64,000 nt of DNA from Acidobacteriota bacterium (GCA_024277255.1 JAJRVQ010000117.1:31171-95170); one strand, 5' to 3'; shown: positions 1 to 10,304, counted from the stretch's first letter. Program-made: numbers and translations. The notes: generated from the letters alone by a model not told the origin.

Positions 1-1
1 G

Positions 2-1108
2 GCGAGCGACGAGTTGATCGTCAACGCTGGTGGCTATCGCTTTGTGGTGCGGCTGGTGGAGCCCAAGCGCGGCGGTCAGTATTCCGGCGCGGTGCGCGCG
101 CGGGCGACGGTGGAGGTCCCCGAGGGTGAGGTCCTGGAGCGGGTGGAGTTTTTCCTCAACGAAGATCGGGTGGCAACTCTCTACGGCCCGCCCCTGGTGC
201 AAACGATCCTACTGCCTAACGAGGAGATTTCCTACGTGCGCGCGGTCGCCCACCTGGCCAATGGCGAACAGGTCGAGGACGCCGCCTTTATCAACGCTCC
301 CGGCTTGGTGGAGGATGTCGATGTTCAGTTTGTCGAACTCTACACTCTGGTACTCGACCGCAATCGCCGGCCGGTCACCAACCTGAAACAGGCCGATTTC
401 ACCGTGCGGGAAGACGGTGTGGCGCAAGAGATCCGCCGTTTTGAGCAGGTGGAGAATCGCAGCATCCGAGCCGCCATCCTGCTCGATACATCAGCCTCGA
501 TGGAAGAAAACCTGACCACCGCCAAGCAGGCGGCGCTGGCCTTCTTCGAACAAACGGTCGAGCCGCGCGATCGGCTGGGGCTGATCACTTTCAGCGATCG
601 TCCACACCTAGCCGTCAAGTTCACCAACGATTTGGCGGCCTTCGGTGGTGGCTTGGCTGGCCTCAAGTGCGAAGGCGGTACGGCACTCTACGACAGCGTA
701 ATCTATTCGTTGTTCTATTTTGACGGCGTCCAAGGCCAACGGGCGCTGCTGGTGATCTCGGATGGCGAAGACGAGCGCAGTCGCTACGACTTCGAAGAGA
801 CCCTCGAATATGCCCATCGCGCCGGCGTGACCATTTACACTATCGGGATCGATCTAGCGCGGCGCGAAACCGGCATCCGGCGCCGGCTGAGCCGTCTGGC
901 CGAAGAGACGGGCGGCCGCGGCTTCTTCATCGATTCAGTCGATCAGCTCACCGAGGTCTATCAGGTGATCCAGAAAGAGCTTCGTTCGCGTTTCTTGATC
1001 GCGTATCAGTCGACCAATAGCGAGAGCACCAACCGCTTCCGCGTCGTAGAGGTGGATGTCGAAGGGCGGGGCCTGGAAGCCTCGACGCTGCGCGGGTACT
1101 TTCCCTGA
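2..1108 (+). CDS. VWA-domain protein, C-terminal fragment (N-terminus lies upstream of the window); paralogue of the C-terminal half of the next gene
   Basis: Frame is open from nt 2. MIDAS-like motif ILLDTSASM. Aligns colinearly with residues ~510-874 of ORF 1154-3778 (VNAGGYRFVVRLVEP / INAGPHRFAVRLVEP ... LRGYFP / IRGYYP). Confidence 0.7.
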   Translation, partial: ASDELIVNAGGYRFVVRLVEPKRGGQYSGAVRARATVEVPEGEVLERVEFFLNEDRVATLYGPPLVQTILLPNEEISYVRAVAHLANGEQVEDAAFINAPGLVEDVDVQFVELYTLVLDRNRRPVTNLKQADFTVREDGVAQEIRRFEQVENRSIRAAILLDTSASMEENLTTAKQAALAFFEQTVEPRDRLGLITFSDRPHLAVKFTNDLAAFGGGLAGLKCEGGTALYDSVIYSLFYFDGVQGQRALLVISDGEDERSRYDFEETLEYAHRAGVTIYTIGIDLARRETGIRRRLSRLAEETGGRGFFIDSVDQLTEVYQVIQKELRSRFLIAYQSTNSESTNRFRVVEVDVEGRGLEASTLRGYFP

Positions 1109-1153
1109 CGCATCGCGACTTTCACGACGGGCTGTTGGCGTAGGATCGATCTC

Positions 1154-3778
1154 ATGATGCACCGAGTCTTGGCCTGCCTTCTCCTCGGGATCGTGCTGCC
1201 TTGGGCGGGGGCGAGTGCGCAGGGTGGAGCCGAGCCGGTGGATCCGGCCTCCCATCTGCGACCGCGCCACCGAAACTGGCTCAAGGAAACCGAGCTGCTG
1301 ACCTCCGAGGCGGAGCGCGCCGCCTTCTTGCAGCTGCCCAAGGACTACCAGCGGGATGCCTTCATCTCTCGCTTCTGGCGTTCACGCGATCCGTTCCCGC
1401 AGACCGGGCGCAACGAGTTCAAGGAGCGCTGGGAGGAACGGTTGGTCTTGGCCAAGGACCTCTTCGGTGATCTGGAGGGGGATCGGGCGCGGATGCTCTT
1501 GTTCAACGGCGAAGCCGAACAGACGGCAAAGATGTTTTGTGCCGAGTTGCTTCGACCGCTGGAGATCTGGCAGTACTCGGGGTCGGAGTTGATTCGCGGC
1601 CCGTTTGCGCTGGTTTTTTACTCGCGCGGCGGCAGCCGGGGCCCGTATCGTCTGTGGTACCCGAGCCAGGGTCTTCAGCCGTTGATGCTCAATGTGTCCC
1701 TGCTGCCGGAAGATCGGGGAGTCCTCGGCGGAGGGATCGCCAATCGCGGCGATGATCGTCTCGCGGCGTTGATCAGTGATCGCTGTGCCAGGAGCGAGGG
1801 GATCTTGGCCGGTCTCTCTGCCGCCGCCGATTGGGGGCGGGTGGAAGAGGCGACCTCGGTGGTCCCCAATCCCGGTGAGGAGTGGTTGCGGACCTTTCTG
1901 GCCCGCTCGACCGATCTTCCCGCGGGGGTTGAGACCTTTGCCGCGCAGTTGGCGATCAGCTACCCTGGCCGCCACCAGAGTCGCACCGTCTTGCAGGGGG
2001 TGCTGAGCGTGGCGCCGGAGGCGCTGCCGGCGAGCGAGTCGAAGACCGGCGGCTTCGTCTTGGATGGCGAGGTGTTGCGCAAGGGAGAACTCTTCGAGCA
2101 ATTCCGCTACCGCTTTCCGCTGCAGCAGTCGGCGGCGGTGGCCGGCCGTTTGCCGCTGATCTTTCAGCGTACTCTGCGCCCGGGCACCTATCAGCTGATC
2201 GTCAAGGTGGAAGAGTTGGCCTCGGGACGGTTGTGCCGGCTGGAGATGGAGGTCGAAGTGCCGAGTGCCCAGGCTTTGGCCTCGGCCGGTGCCGAACTCG
2301 GCGCAGAAGGCAAAGAAGCGGCGCCGGGTACGGAGGTGGCTAGGCGTCTCGGTGAGGCCAACTCCTCTCTGCAAGATCGCGACTTCTCGATCGAGATCTT
2401 CTCTCCGCCCGCCCGCTTGCTTGTCGGCAAGGCGCGCTTCGAGGCGGTGGCGCGCGGGGAGGGGATCGCAAGAGTGCGCTTCCACCTCGACGGCAAACCG
2501 GTTCTGGCCAAGACCCGGCCACCCTACAGCGTCGAACTCGACCTCGGGAGTTCCCCCCGGCTGCACACCTTGCGAGCCACCGCGCTCGACTCATCCGGCG
2601 GTGTGCTGGCGGCGGACGAGGTGGCGATCAACGCGGGGCCACACCGCTTCGCGGTGCGCCTGGTGGAGCCCCGTTCGGGGGCGCAGTACGTCGAGAGTCT
2701 GCGCGCCCAGGCGGCGGTCGAGGTTCCCGAGGGGGAGCGGCTCGAACGGCTGGAGATCTACTTCAACGACGTGCTGATGGGCGTCCTGTATCAGCCGCCC
2801 TTTGTACAGCCGATCCTGTTGCCGAGCACCGCCGGCAATGTGGACTACGTGCGCGCGGTGGCCTACCTGGCCAATGGCAGCCACAGCGAGGACACGGTGA
2901 TCGTCAATTCGCCGCAGGCTGGAGGTGAGGTCGACGTCCACATGGTCGAACTCTTCACCACGGCCGTGGACCGGCGAGGCCGACCGGTCAAAGGGCTGAC
3001 GCGGGACGACTTCACCGTCTTCGAAGAGGGTGTCGAGCAAGAGGTGCGGCGCTTCGAGTTGGTGGAGGATCTACCGATCTACGCCGGTCTCTTGCTGGAT
3101 ACCTCGCAGTCGATGGCGGAGGAAATTGACGAGGTGGTAGGCGGAGCGCTCGCCTTTTTCGACACCGTGTTGCGACCGCAGGATCGTGCCGCGGTGATCA
3201 CCTTCAACGACGATCCCACCCTGGTCGTTCGTTTCACCAACGATCGCGCGGTGTTGGCGGGCGGAGTGGCGGGTCTGGTCGCCGAGGGGGAGACGGCGCT
3301 CTACGACAGCCTGATCTACGCCCTCTTCTACTTCAGCGAGATTCGGGGAAAACGGACCTTGATTCTGCTCTCGGACGGTGAGGATGTCGAAAGTCGCTAC
3401 CGGTATCAGGACGTCATCGAGTACGCGCGCCGCTCCGGGGTGACCCTCTACACCGTGGGCTTCAAGCTGGGTAGCCAGCAAAACGACGTGCGGCTCAAGT
3501 TGAGCCGGCTGGCGAGCGAGACCGGAGGGCAGGCCTTCTTCGTTCAACAGGCGAGCGAACTGGAGCGCATCTACAAACGGATCGAGAACGAACTGCGCAC
3601 GCAGTACCTGCTGGCCTACCAATCGACACCCCTGGACCGGGGTGAGGGTCAACAGATGAAGGGTCAGCGCAAAGGCCAGCGCAAAGGCCGGGGCGACGGC
3701 AATGGTTTTCGTCGCGTCGAGGTCAAGGTCAACAGGCCGGGGGTGGAAGCGAAGACGATCCGCGGTTACTATCCTTAG
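1154..3778 (+). CDS. secreted GWxTD-domain protein with C-terminal VWA domain (874 aa)
   Basis: N-terminal signal peptide. GWxTD-like region (FWRSRDPFPQTGRNEFKERWEERL). C-terminal DxSxS motif LLLDTSQSM. Short 12-nt tandem repeat (GQRKGQRKG) near the C-terminus. Confidence 0.7.
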   Translation: MMHRVLACLLLGIVLPWAGASAQGGAEPVDPASHLRPRHRNWLKETELLTSEAERAAFLQLPKDYQRDAFISRFWRSRDPFPQTGRNEFKERWEERLVLAKDLFGDLEGDRARMLLFNGEAEQTAKMFCAELLRPLEIWQYSGSELIRGPFALVFYSRGGSRGPYRLWYPSQGLQPLMLNVSLLPEDRGVLGGGIANRGDDRLAALISDRCARSEGILAGLSAAADWGRVEEATSVVPNPGEEWLRTFLARSTDLPAGVETFAAQLAISYPGRHQSRTVLQGVLSVAPEALPASESKTGGFVLDGEVLRKGELFEQFRYRFPLQQSAAVAGRLPLIFQRTLRPGTYQLIVKVEELASGRLCRLEMEVEVPSAQALASAGAELGAEGKEAAPGTEVARRLGEANSSLQDRDFSIEIFSPPARLLVGKARFEAVARGEGIARVRFHLDGKPVLAKTRPPYSVELDLGSSPRLHTLRATALDSSGGVLAADEVAINAGPHRFAVRLVEPRSGAQYVESLRAQAAVEVPEGERLERLEIYFNDVLMGVLYQPPFVQPILLPSTAGNVDYVRAVAYLANGSHSEDTVIVNSPQAGGEVDVHMVELFTTAVDRRGRPVKGLTRDDFTVFEEGVEQEVRRFELVEDLPIYAGLLLDTSQSMAEEIDEVVGGALAFFDTVLRPQDRAAVITFNDDPTLVVRFTNDRAVLAGGVAGLVAEGETALYDSLIYALFYFSEIRGKRTLILLSDGEDVESRYRYQDVIEYARRSGVTLYTVGFKLGSQQNDVRLKLSRLASETGGQAFFVQQASELERIYKRIENELRTQYLLAYQSTPLDRGEGQQMKGQRKGQRKGRGDGNGFRRVEVKVNRPGVEAKTIRGYYP

Positions 3779-3820
3779 TTTGGCCAACTTCTCTACAAGC
3801 CTTACGCGGAGCCGCTACCC

Positions 3821-4438
3821 TTGCATCCACTCAACTTGATACTGGCCTCCGGCTCCCCGCGTCGCCGGGATCTGCTCGCGGGCCTGGGGCTCGATTTCGC
3901 CGTGCGCCCGGTGGATCTGGATGAGAGCGTTCTACCCGGCGAGGAGCCCGCGGTCTACGTGGAGCGGTTGGCCGGCGAAAAGGCACGGGCGCGTGCCGAA
4001 ATCGGCGAGGTGGTGCTGGCTGCGGACACCATCGTCGTTCTCGACGGCGAGATTCTCGGCAAGCCGGAGGACGCCGCCGATGCCCGCCGAATGCTCAGCC
4101 GGATGCAGGGCCGCTGGCACACGGTGCTGACCGCTGTCGCCCTGGTCTTGCCTGAGGGCGAGGAGGAGGAAGCGGTGACCGTAGTCAGTACGCGGGTGCG
4201 GATCGGCGCCCTGTCAGCGCAACAGATCGCGATCTACGTGGCTACCGGCGAGCCGCTAGACAAGGCGGGCAGCTACGCGATTCAGGGGCGCGGCGCACTC
4301 CTCGTCGAAGAGATCGACGGCAACTACACCAACGTGGTGGGGCTGCCGCTGCCCGCCACCGCCCGGCTTTTTGGTCAACTCGGTCTGGAGATGACCGAGT
4401 TCGGCACGAAAGCGGAGAGAGGAAGAGACTCGAAGTGA
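3821..4438 (+). CDS. maf: Maf-like nucleoside triphosphate pyrophosphatase (septum formation protein Maf)
   Basis: N-terminal LILASGSPRRRDLLAGLGL and overall Maf fold length (205 aa). Confidence 0.85.
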   Translation: MHPLNLILASGSPRRRDLLAGLGLDFAVRPVDLDESVLPGEEPAVYVERLAGEKARARAEIGEVVLAADTIVVLDGEILGKPEDAADARRMLSRMQGRWHTVLTAVALVLPEGEEEEAVTVVSTRVRIGALSAQQIAIYVATGEPLDKAGSYAIQGRGALLVEEIDGNYTNVVGLPLPATARLFGQLGLEMTEFGTKAERGRDSK

Positions 4439-5199
4439 AAGAGAGAGCCGGCGTTGATCCTGCGTCCAGTCCCGCGCCGGCACCGGCCGTGGTGCTGGTG
4501 CGACCGCAAGCGGATGGCAACGTCGGCGGGGTGGCTCGCGCCATGGCCAACATGGGGCTCGAACGGCTCTTGCTGGTGGAGCCGGCGGTGGCTTTGGGAG
4601 ATCAGGCTCGGGCGATGGCGGTGAAGGCGGGCTATATTTTGGATTCGGCCCGGCGAGTGCCCTCTCTGGCCGAGGCTCTGGCTCCCTTTCGTCGCGTGGT
4701 GGGGACGACTTCGGGCCGCAGTCGCAGCGCGGCGCAGCCGGTGGTGACACCCCGGCAGCTGGCCCGCCAGTGGTCTCAGCAGCGGTCTGATGGCGAGCCG
4801 TGGGTGGAAACAGCGTTGGTCTTCGGCCCGGAAGCGAGCGGGCTGAACAACGACGAGATGGCGCTGTGCAGCTGCCTGGTGACCATCCCCTGCGCGGCTC
4901 GTCAGCCGACCCTCAACTTGAGTCAGGCGGTGCTTCTGGTCGCCTATGAACTCTGTCAAGACGGCGCTGATAGGCGGCACGCCGACGGCGAGCCGGCGCC
5001 GGCGCAGACGGCTCAGATCGAGGGCCTCTTTACGCAGGCGCAAGAGGTCTTGCGGCGAGTGGGCTTTGCCCGCGACGATAGCTTCGAAGCGGTCTTGCGC
5101 GACCTACGCCGTCTGGCGGCCCGCAGTGGCTTGAGCGAACGGGAAGTGGCGATTCTGCGTGGAATCTGCCGCCGCAGCCTCCACGCGCTCAACCGTTAG
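4435..5199 (+). CDS. trmJ: SpoU/TrmH-family RNA 2'-O-methyltransferase (TrmJ-like)
   Basis: VVLVRPQADGNVGGVARAMANMGLERLLLVEP matches the TrmJ/LasT N-terminus. 4-bp overlap with maf. Confidence 0.6.
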   Translation: MKERAGVDPASSPAPAPAVVLVRPQADGNVGGVARAMANMGLERLLLVEPAVALGDQARAMAVKAGYILDSARRVPSLAEALAPFRRVVGTTSGRSRSAAQPVVTPRQLARQWSQQRSDGEPWVETALVFGPEASGLNNDEMALCSCLVTIPCAARQPTLNLSQAVLLVAYELCQDGADRRHADGEPAPAQTAQIEGLFTQAQEVLRRVGFARDDSFEAVLRDLRRLAARSGLSEREVAILRGICRRSLHALNR

Positions 5200-6536
5200 C
5201 CGGACGTTGAATCGCCAGCCAAGTGGCGCTGCAACTCTTCGATCCTCGCCACCGGCAAGCTCTTCACCTCGATAGCCTGGTGCAACAGCGCGGTGGCCGC
5301 CAGCGGGCCTGGGTGTGGCCCCATGGCCTGGAAGAGCGGCACCAGATCACACACCAGCCGATAGAGTTCGTCCGCCATGTTGCGTTGTGCATAGCTACGG
5401 GCAAGCTCCAGGCCGACAGCAGCCGCCTTGCGTGGCTGGTCCACAGCGGCAAACCCGTCGCGGGCCTCGATCATCCCGCGCAGGCCGTTTTCGACCTGGC
5501 CGAGCCCAAGGTCGACCCGCGCCTTGATCCACAGGTAGCGAGGACGGTCAACGGCGGTGGCAAACCGTGCGCGGCCGTCGCGCAGCAGGGCGCGAGCCTC
5601 CATGAACCGGCCGGCGAGCGAGTAGTCTTCGGCGAGGCTGAGGGTGGCCCTCTCCCACAGCCGTGGTTCGCGGCTGGGATCGATCAACTCAAGGGCCTCG
5701 CGGAGGGTGGCGATGGTGGCTGGCGGACGGTCGTGGTGGCGGTGGATTCTCGCCCTCTCGAGCAAGGTTCGGCCGAGTTGTTGATTCTCTCCAAGCCGGC
5801 GATAGAGGCGCTGGGCGACCGCCAGTAGCGGATCGGCCTCGTCGAAAGAGCCCTGGTCGAGGTGCAGCGAGGCCAGCATTCTCAGTACTCTCGCCTTTTC
5901 CAATGGGTCTCCGGTGCCTTGCTTCAGGAGCTGCTGGGCGGTTTGCAGGGCTATTGTCGCCGCCGCGCAGTTGCCCACCATACGCTGCGCGTCACCCAGC
6001 TGTGCCCATGAGCGGGCTCGCAAGTCGTTGAGCAGGCTGGCTCCCAATTCGGCGGCGGGGAGCTTCTCGGTGATTGCGATGGCCAACTGTGCCCACTCGA
6101 TTCGCTCCTCGCCTCCGTCGTCCCGGCTCCGGCTGCACAGGCCGAGAAGATGCTCGCACAGCCCCCAGGATTGATACTGACGGACATGGTCGATCAACAC
6201 CCTGCGCCTGGCGGGAGGGTGCCGCAGCAGCTCGGCGCACAGGTGGTGAGCCTTCTCTCGATCCTGGCGCATTTCGATCTCGCGGTCGATCAGCATGCCG
6301 TAGCTGCGGCCGATGATCGCCTCGTAGCTGGGCTGCGTGTTCGCTTCCTCTTCCCGCGGCTGCGCGGCCATGATCTTGTCCAACAGCGCTTCGCCCTGCG
6401 GATGCTGGAGAAGCTTGTCGCGACAGCTCTGACAACTGGTCAGATGCCAGGCGATGCGGCGGTCGCGCCGGCGCGGCAGCGACCCGGCCAGAAACCCCTC
6501 GAGAGTGGCCGCGTCGAGGTGAAATCCGGTCTTCAT
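5196..6536 (-). CDS. hypothetical protein with N-terminal zf-HC2-like Cys motif (CQSCRDKL) and helical TPR-like repeats
   Basis: Long ORF with stop/start overlap to the trmJ-like gene on the opposite strand. Cys motif resembles anti-sigma zf-HC2. No catalytic motif recognised. Confidence 0.4.
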   Translation of the reverse strand: MKTGFHLDAATLEGFLAGSLPRRRDRRIAWHLTSCQSCRDKLLQHPQGEALLDKIMAAQPREEEANTQPSYEAIIGRSYGMLIDREIEMRQDREKAHHLCAELLRHPPARRRVLIDHVRQYQSWGLCEHLLGLCSRSRDDGGEERIEWAQLAIAITEKLPAAELGASLLNDLRARSWAQLGDAQRMVGNCAAATIALQTAQQLLKQGTGDPLEKARVLRMLASLHLDQGSFDEADPLLAVAQRLYRRLGENQQLGRTLLERARIHRHHDRPPATIATLREALELIDPSREPRLWERATLSLAEDYSLAGRFMEARALLRDGRARFATAVDRPRYLWIKARVDLGLGQVENGLRGMIEARDGFAAVDQPRKAAAVGLELARSYAQRNMADELYRLVCDLVPLFQAMGPHPGPLAATALLHQAIEVKSLPVARIEELQRHLAGDSTSG

Positions 6537-6551
6537 GGATACAGCCTATGG

Positions 6552-6947
6552 TTATCGCGCGCGTCGCCAGGCAGCGATCAACCGGCTACCGAGAGTCGCT
6601 CGGCCGGCCATCTTGGGAGGCGGCGCGATTTCACTCGGCATGGTCGAAGTCCGGACTTCCGTCTTGGCCAAATCCTCGGCCAAGGTGTTGAATCGGCGCC
6701 AGCGGCGGGTCAGCCAGTAGGCTCGGCACTTCGCCTGCAAGACCGGACCGACGCGGCGGCCGAAGTCGTCGGGACCTTCCGCCTTGTAGATCATCTCGAG
6801 CACCGTTTCACGCAGCAAGATCTCCGCATCCAGTTCGGGGATGTGATAGCGCAGGAGCACCTGCCGCAATTCCTCTTCCACATCCGGCCGTAGGGTGGTC
6901 AGCGAAGGGGTGTCGTGCGCTTCGAGATCGCTCAGAGGAAGGGTCAT
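6552..6947 (-). CDS. hypothetical protein (131 aa) upstream of the zf-HC2 protein
   Basis: ORF is 15 nt upstream of 5196-6536 on the same strand. No recognisable domain. Confidence 0.3.
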   Translation of the reverse strand: MTLPLSDLEAHDTPSLTTLRPDVEEELRQVLLRYHIPELDAEILLRETVLEMIYKAEGPDDFGRRVGPVLQAKCRAYWLTRRWRRFNTLAEDLAKTEVRTSTMPSEIAPPPKMAGRATLGSRLIAAWRRAR

Positions 6948-7196
6948 GGGTCTCGTCTCATGTTTGTGATTCTCTGATCAGTATAGTACCCCGGTCCGGC
7001 AAAGCGTGACGCGAAGGCGAGGCTCATCTATTGGGGTGTGGCGAGCCGCCGCTAGTGATAGACTTGAGCCCTCGATGATCAGCTCTTCTTGCCCCCGCGC
7101 CGGGGTTTTCGCCAGCATCGCCGTGGCCCCGGTTGTCGGGGTTGTTGGGGTTTCCTGCGCTGGCCGAACATCGCCGTTGGCGAGGGGTGAGGAGTC

Positions 7197-7622
7197 GTGG
7201 TGAACTCCCCAAGCACACCGCCGCGGCACGTCCGCTTCGCGCCCACCCCGGAGATCTTCGCCACCGGAACCAGTGGCTCGTTCCTCTTTCCTCTGCAGGT
7301 CGATGGCAACAGCGCACTGGAGACGAGTTCCTATGACGAGGGGCGGTTCGTGGTCTCGCTGTGGCACCCTTCCTCGCAACGTACTATCGATCTGGATCGG
7401 GCCTACGTGGAGCTGCGGGCTTGCTTCGATCCGGACGATGAGCACTGGATCAAGCTGGCCGAAATCGAGCCCGTGGTCCCTCCATATTCCGGTGGCGAGA
7501 GCTTCGACGGCTGGGTGGTCTTGCCGGTGATGGCGGAAACCAGCTCGTTCGCCGTGTACGGCAGCGGCTTTGAGCCTCGCGCTCGCTTGCAGCTGCGCGC
7601 CAGCGTTTACCTGGTCGCTTAG
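7197..7622 (+). CDS. hypothetical protein (141 aa)
   Basis: ORF only. GTG start with GAGGAG upstream. Confidence 0.3.
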   Translation: MVNSPSTPPRHVRFAPTPEIFATGTSGSFLFPLQVDGNSALETSSYDEGRFVVSLWHPSSQRTIDLDRAYVELRACFDPDDEHWIKLAEIEPVVPPYSGGESFDGWVVLPVMAETSSFAVYGSGFEPRARLQLRASVYLVA

Positions 7623-7641
7623 GATTCTTGGGATTGGAACC

Positions 7642-8865
7642 GTGGATCAGCATGAGTTTCTAGCACGTCTCGCCCAGCCGGCGGATAGCCGAATCGTTTT
7701 GCTGGTCTTGGACGGCGTCGGCGATCTGCGCACCCTCGAGCAGCCGCAGACGGCGCTCGAAGCGGCCAGGACTCCGTACATGGACGCTTTGGCTCGGCGC
7801 TCGGCGCTCGGTCGCATCGTACCGGCGGGCCATGGAATCACTCCGGGCAGTGGGCCCGGTCATCTCGCCCTGTTCGGCTATGACCCGCGAACGCCGGAGG
7901 CCGACATTGGCCGTGGCGTTCTCGAGGCGCTGGGTTCCGGTGTCGAGGTGCGGCCGGGTGACGTCGCCGCCCGCGGCAACTTCGCCACTGCCAACGGTGA
8001 AGGCTTGATCACCGATCGGCGCGCCGGACGCATTTCGACCCCCGAGTGCAAACGGTTGGTGAGAGTTCTCCAGGCGGCCATCGAAGCGCTGCCGATCGCC
8101 GGCGTCGAGGTAGAGCTGACCGCCGGCGAAGGCCACCGCTTCGTCCTCTTGCTGCGCGGCGAAGGGCTGTCGCCGGAGATCCGGGATACGGATCCTCAGC
8201 AACTCGGGGTTCGGCCTCTAGAGCCGCAAGCGCGCAAGTCGGAAGCCGAGGCCACCGTCGACAAGCTGAATCAAGTGCTCGCCGTCCTACAGGCGGCGGT
8301 GGCTGAGGAGCCGCGGGCGAACCGGCTGCTGCTGCGAGGTTTTTCGGTGCTGCCCAACCTTCCGCAGCTGTGGGATGTTCACCAGATGCGCTGCGGCGCT
8401 TTCGCCGGCTATCCCCTCTACCGCGGGGTGGCCGGCGCTTGCGGTATGGAGGTCGTACCTTGTGGCAAGAGCTTCGCCGATACGCTGGCCGAGGCTGAGC
8501 GCCACTGGGACCGGTTCGATTTCTTTTTCCTGCATGTCAAACAGACGGATGCCGCGGGCGAAGATGGCAACCTGGCTGCCAAGGTGGCGGTGATCGAAGA
8601 GGTGGACACGCAACTGCCGGATCTATTGGCCCTGGAGCCGGATGTCCTGGTGATTACCGGCGATCACTCCACCCCCGCGCCGATTAAGGCGCACAGCTGG
8701 CACCCTGTACCGCTCCTACTCAATTCCGCGCGGTGTTTCACCGATGAGTGCACCATGTTCAACGAATCGGCGGCAATCGGCGGCCATCTTGGGACCTTTC
8801 CGGCACAAGATCTGATGGCATTGATGCTGGCCAATGCCGGTCGGCTAAAAAAGTTCGGTGCTTAG
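7642..8865 (+). CDS. apgM: cofactor-independent phosphoglycerate mutase, archaeal type (ApgM / metalloenzyme family)
   Basis: IVLLVLDGVGDL N-terminus and domain organisation typical of ApgM. GTG start chosen 17 codons before the conserved block; the ORF is open from 7570. Confidence 0.65.
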   Translation: MDQHEFLARLAQPADSRIVLLVLDGVGDLRTLEQPQTALEAARTPYMDALARRSALGRIVPAGHGITPGSGPGHLALFGYDPRTPEADIGRGVLEALGSGVEVRPGDVAARGNFATANGEGLITDRRAGRISTPECKRLVRVLQAAIEALPIAGVEVELTAGEGHRFVLLLRGEGLSPEIRDTDPQQLGVRPLEPQARKSEAEATVDKLNQVLAVLQAAVAEEPRANRLLLRGFSVLPNLPQLWDVHQMRCGAFAGYPLYRGVAGACGMEVVPCGKSFADTLAEAERHWDRFDFFFLHVKQTDAAGEDGNLAAKVAVIEEVDTQLPDLLALEPDVLVITGDHSTPAPIKAHSWHPVPLLLNSARCFTDECTMFNESAAIGGHLGTFPAQDLMALMLANAGRLKKFGA

Positions 8866-8956
8866 TCGTGATCAGGGCCGTAGCCGATGATCTGTAATCT
8901 TGGCTCCCGAAGGCCAAAGGTTGATATTATTGATGGGTTAGGGGATTTTTGGATCG

Positions 8957-9517
8957 ATGACTGAGAAAACCAAGAAGGCAGCGCGAAAACTGGTCATCCA
9001 GCTCAGCGAGACCGAACTGGAGTTGATTGCGACTGACATTGTCGATCTCAAGGTCGACGCCGTGGTCAACGCTGCCAGTGAGGATCTGAAGCTAGGCTCC
9101 GGAGTCACCGAGGCGATCCTCGAAATGGGTGGGCCGTCGATCCAGAAGGAGTGCAAGCGGATTGGCCATACTCCGGTGGGTAGCGCGGTGATGACCGGTG
9201 CCGGCCAGTTGAATGTCAAGCAGGTGATCCACGCGGTGGGGCCACATATGGGTGAGGGCGATGAGGATCGCAAGCTCTCCTCGGCGGTGCGTTCGGCCCT
9301 TGCCCTGGCCGATCGCAACGGCTTGCGCACCATCGCCCTCCCGGCGATCTCAACCGGCGATTTCGGCTTTCCGATGGATCGTTGTGCTCGCATCACACTG
9401 ACCGAGGTGCATCGCTATCTGCAAGGCGGCTCGAAATTGGAGCGGGTTGTGCTCGCGCTCTACAACGAAGAGACCTTCGAGATCTTCAAGCGCGAACTGC
9501 GACGCGGCTTCCGATAA
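8957..9517 (+). CDS. macro-domain protein (ADP-ribose / O-acetyl-ADP-ribose binding or hydrolysing)
   Basis: DAVVNAASEDLKLGSGVTEAI ... IALPAISTGDFGFP matches the macro-domain signature. Confidence 0.8.
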   Translation: MTEKTKKAARKLVIQLSETELELIATDIVDLKVDAVVNAASEDLKLGSGVTEAILEMGGPSIQKECKRIGHTPVGSAVMTGAGQLNVKQVIHAVGPHMGEGDEDRKLSSAVRSALALADRNGLRTIALPAISTGDFGFPMDRCARITLTEVHRYLQGGSKLERVVLALYNEETFEIFKRELRRGFR

Positions 9518-9599
9518 CTTTCTTCCGTCGAGCCCGTACCTACCCATGATGTACGGCAATTCCAGCGTCGGGTCGATTCACCAGCGAGGCTAGCTGGCG

Positions 9600-10304
9600 A
9601 TGGCACGCAAGGGCAACACCTCTTCGTGGGTCTACGTCGCCTTTGGCTGTGGCGCGGCGGCGATTCTGGTCGTTGTCGTCCTGGTTGGCTTGCTTCTCTA
9701 CGGTGCGCGCAAGGCGCGGGAGTTCAGCGAAGAGATGAAGGACCCGCAGTCTCGCCAGCAGCGGGTGGAGAAGGTGCTCGGCGGCGACATCCCCGACGGC
9801 TATTATCCGGTGGTCGGGGTGGAGATCCCATTCCTGGTGGAGATGGCGATGCTCAGCGACCAGTCGCCCGGTGAGAGCGGTGAGATCGAAGACATCGGAG
9901 AGCGCGGCTTCATCTACCTGCGCATGCGTTCGCGGCGCAGTAAGCGGCAGCAACTAGAAGACTTCTTCGAGGGCCGTACGGACGATCTCGATGCACTACG
10001 GCGCTCGAACATCAACCTGGGGCGCGGTGAGCTGATCGACCGCGGCTCCTTCGAACTCGACACCTTCGGGGTGCGGTGGATCGCCCAACAGGGCGAAGTG
10101 GTGATGGGGCGCGGTCGCAGCCAAGGGATCACCGCCGTGGTCCTCGTCGAATGCCCCAACGATCAGAGTTCGGCGCAACGCATCGGGATCTGGTGGACAC
10201 CCGAGCCCGAGAGGCAAGAGGGTGCGGAAATCGACCTGACCGGCACCCCCGCCGACGAATCTGCTCTGCGCGAATTCCTGGGCCACTTCGCTCCCTGCGG
10301 ATAG
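9600..10304 (+). CDS. hypothetical membrane-anchored protein (one N-terminal TM helix)
   Basis: ORF with a hydrophobic segment (residues 12-36). Its last ~25 codons recur as a diverged relic at 11205-11298. Confidence 0.45.
   Translation: MARKGNTSSWVYVAFGCGAAAILVVVVLVGLLLYGARKAREFSEEMKDPQSRQQRVEKVLGGDIPDGYYPVVGVEIPFLVEMAMLSDQSPGESGEIEDIGERGFIYLRMRSRRSKRQQLEDFFEGRTDDLDALRRSNINLGRGELIDRGSFELDTFGVRWIAQQGEVVMGRGRSQGITAVVLVECPNDQSSAQRIGIWWTPEPERQEGAEIDLTGTPADESALREFLGHFAPCG

Noticed and set aside
1382-2566. Long antisense/alternate-frame ORFs throughout the window (e.g. 1382-2566, 12334-13092, 18916-19902, 19877-20692, 26333-27040, 36621-37871, 47295-48416, 50974-52149, 59901-60902)
   Set aside because: High-GC sequence generates long spurious ORFs. 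Each of these lies antisense to, or out of frame within, a gene with clear domain homology. They have Arg/Pro/Gly-rich low-complexity translations and no RBS.
3661-3700. Short tandem repeat cagcgcaaaggc x2 (GQRKGQRKG) as a possible repeat element
   Set aside because: Only two copies, in-frame inside a coding region; simple codon-level duplication.
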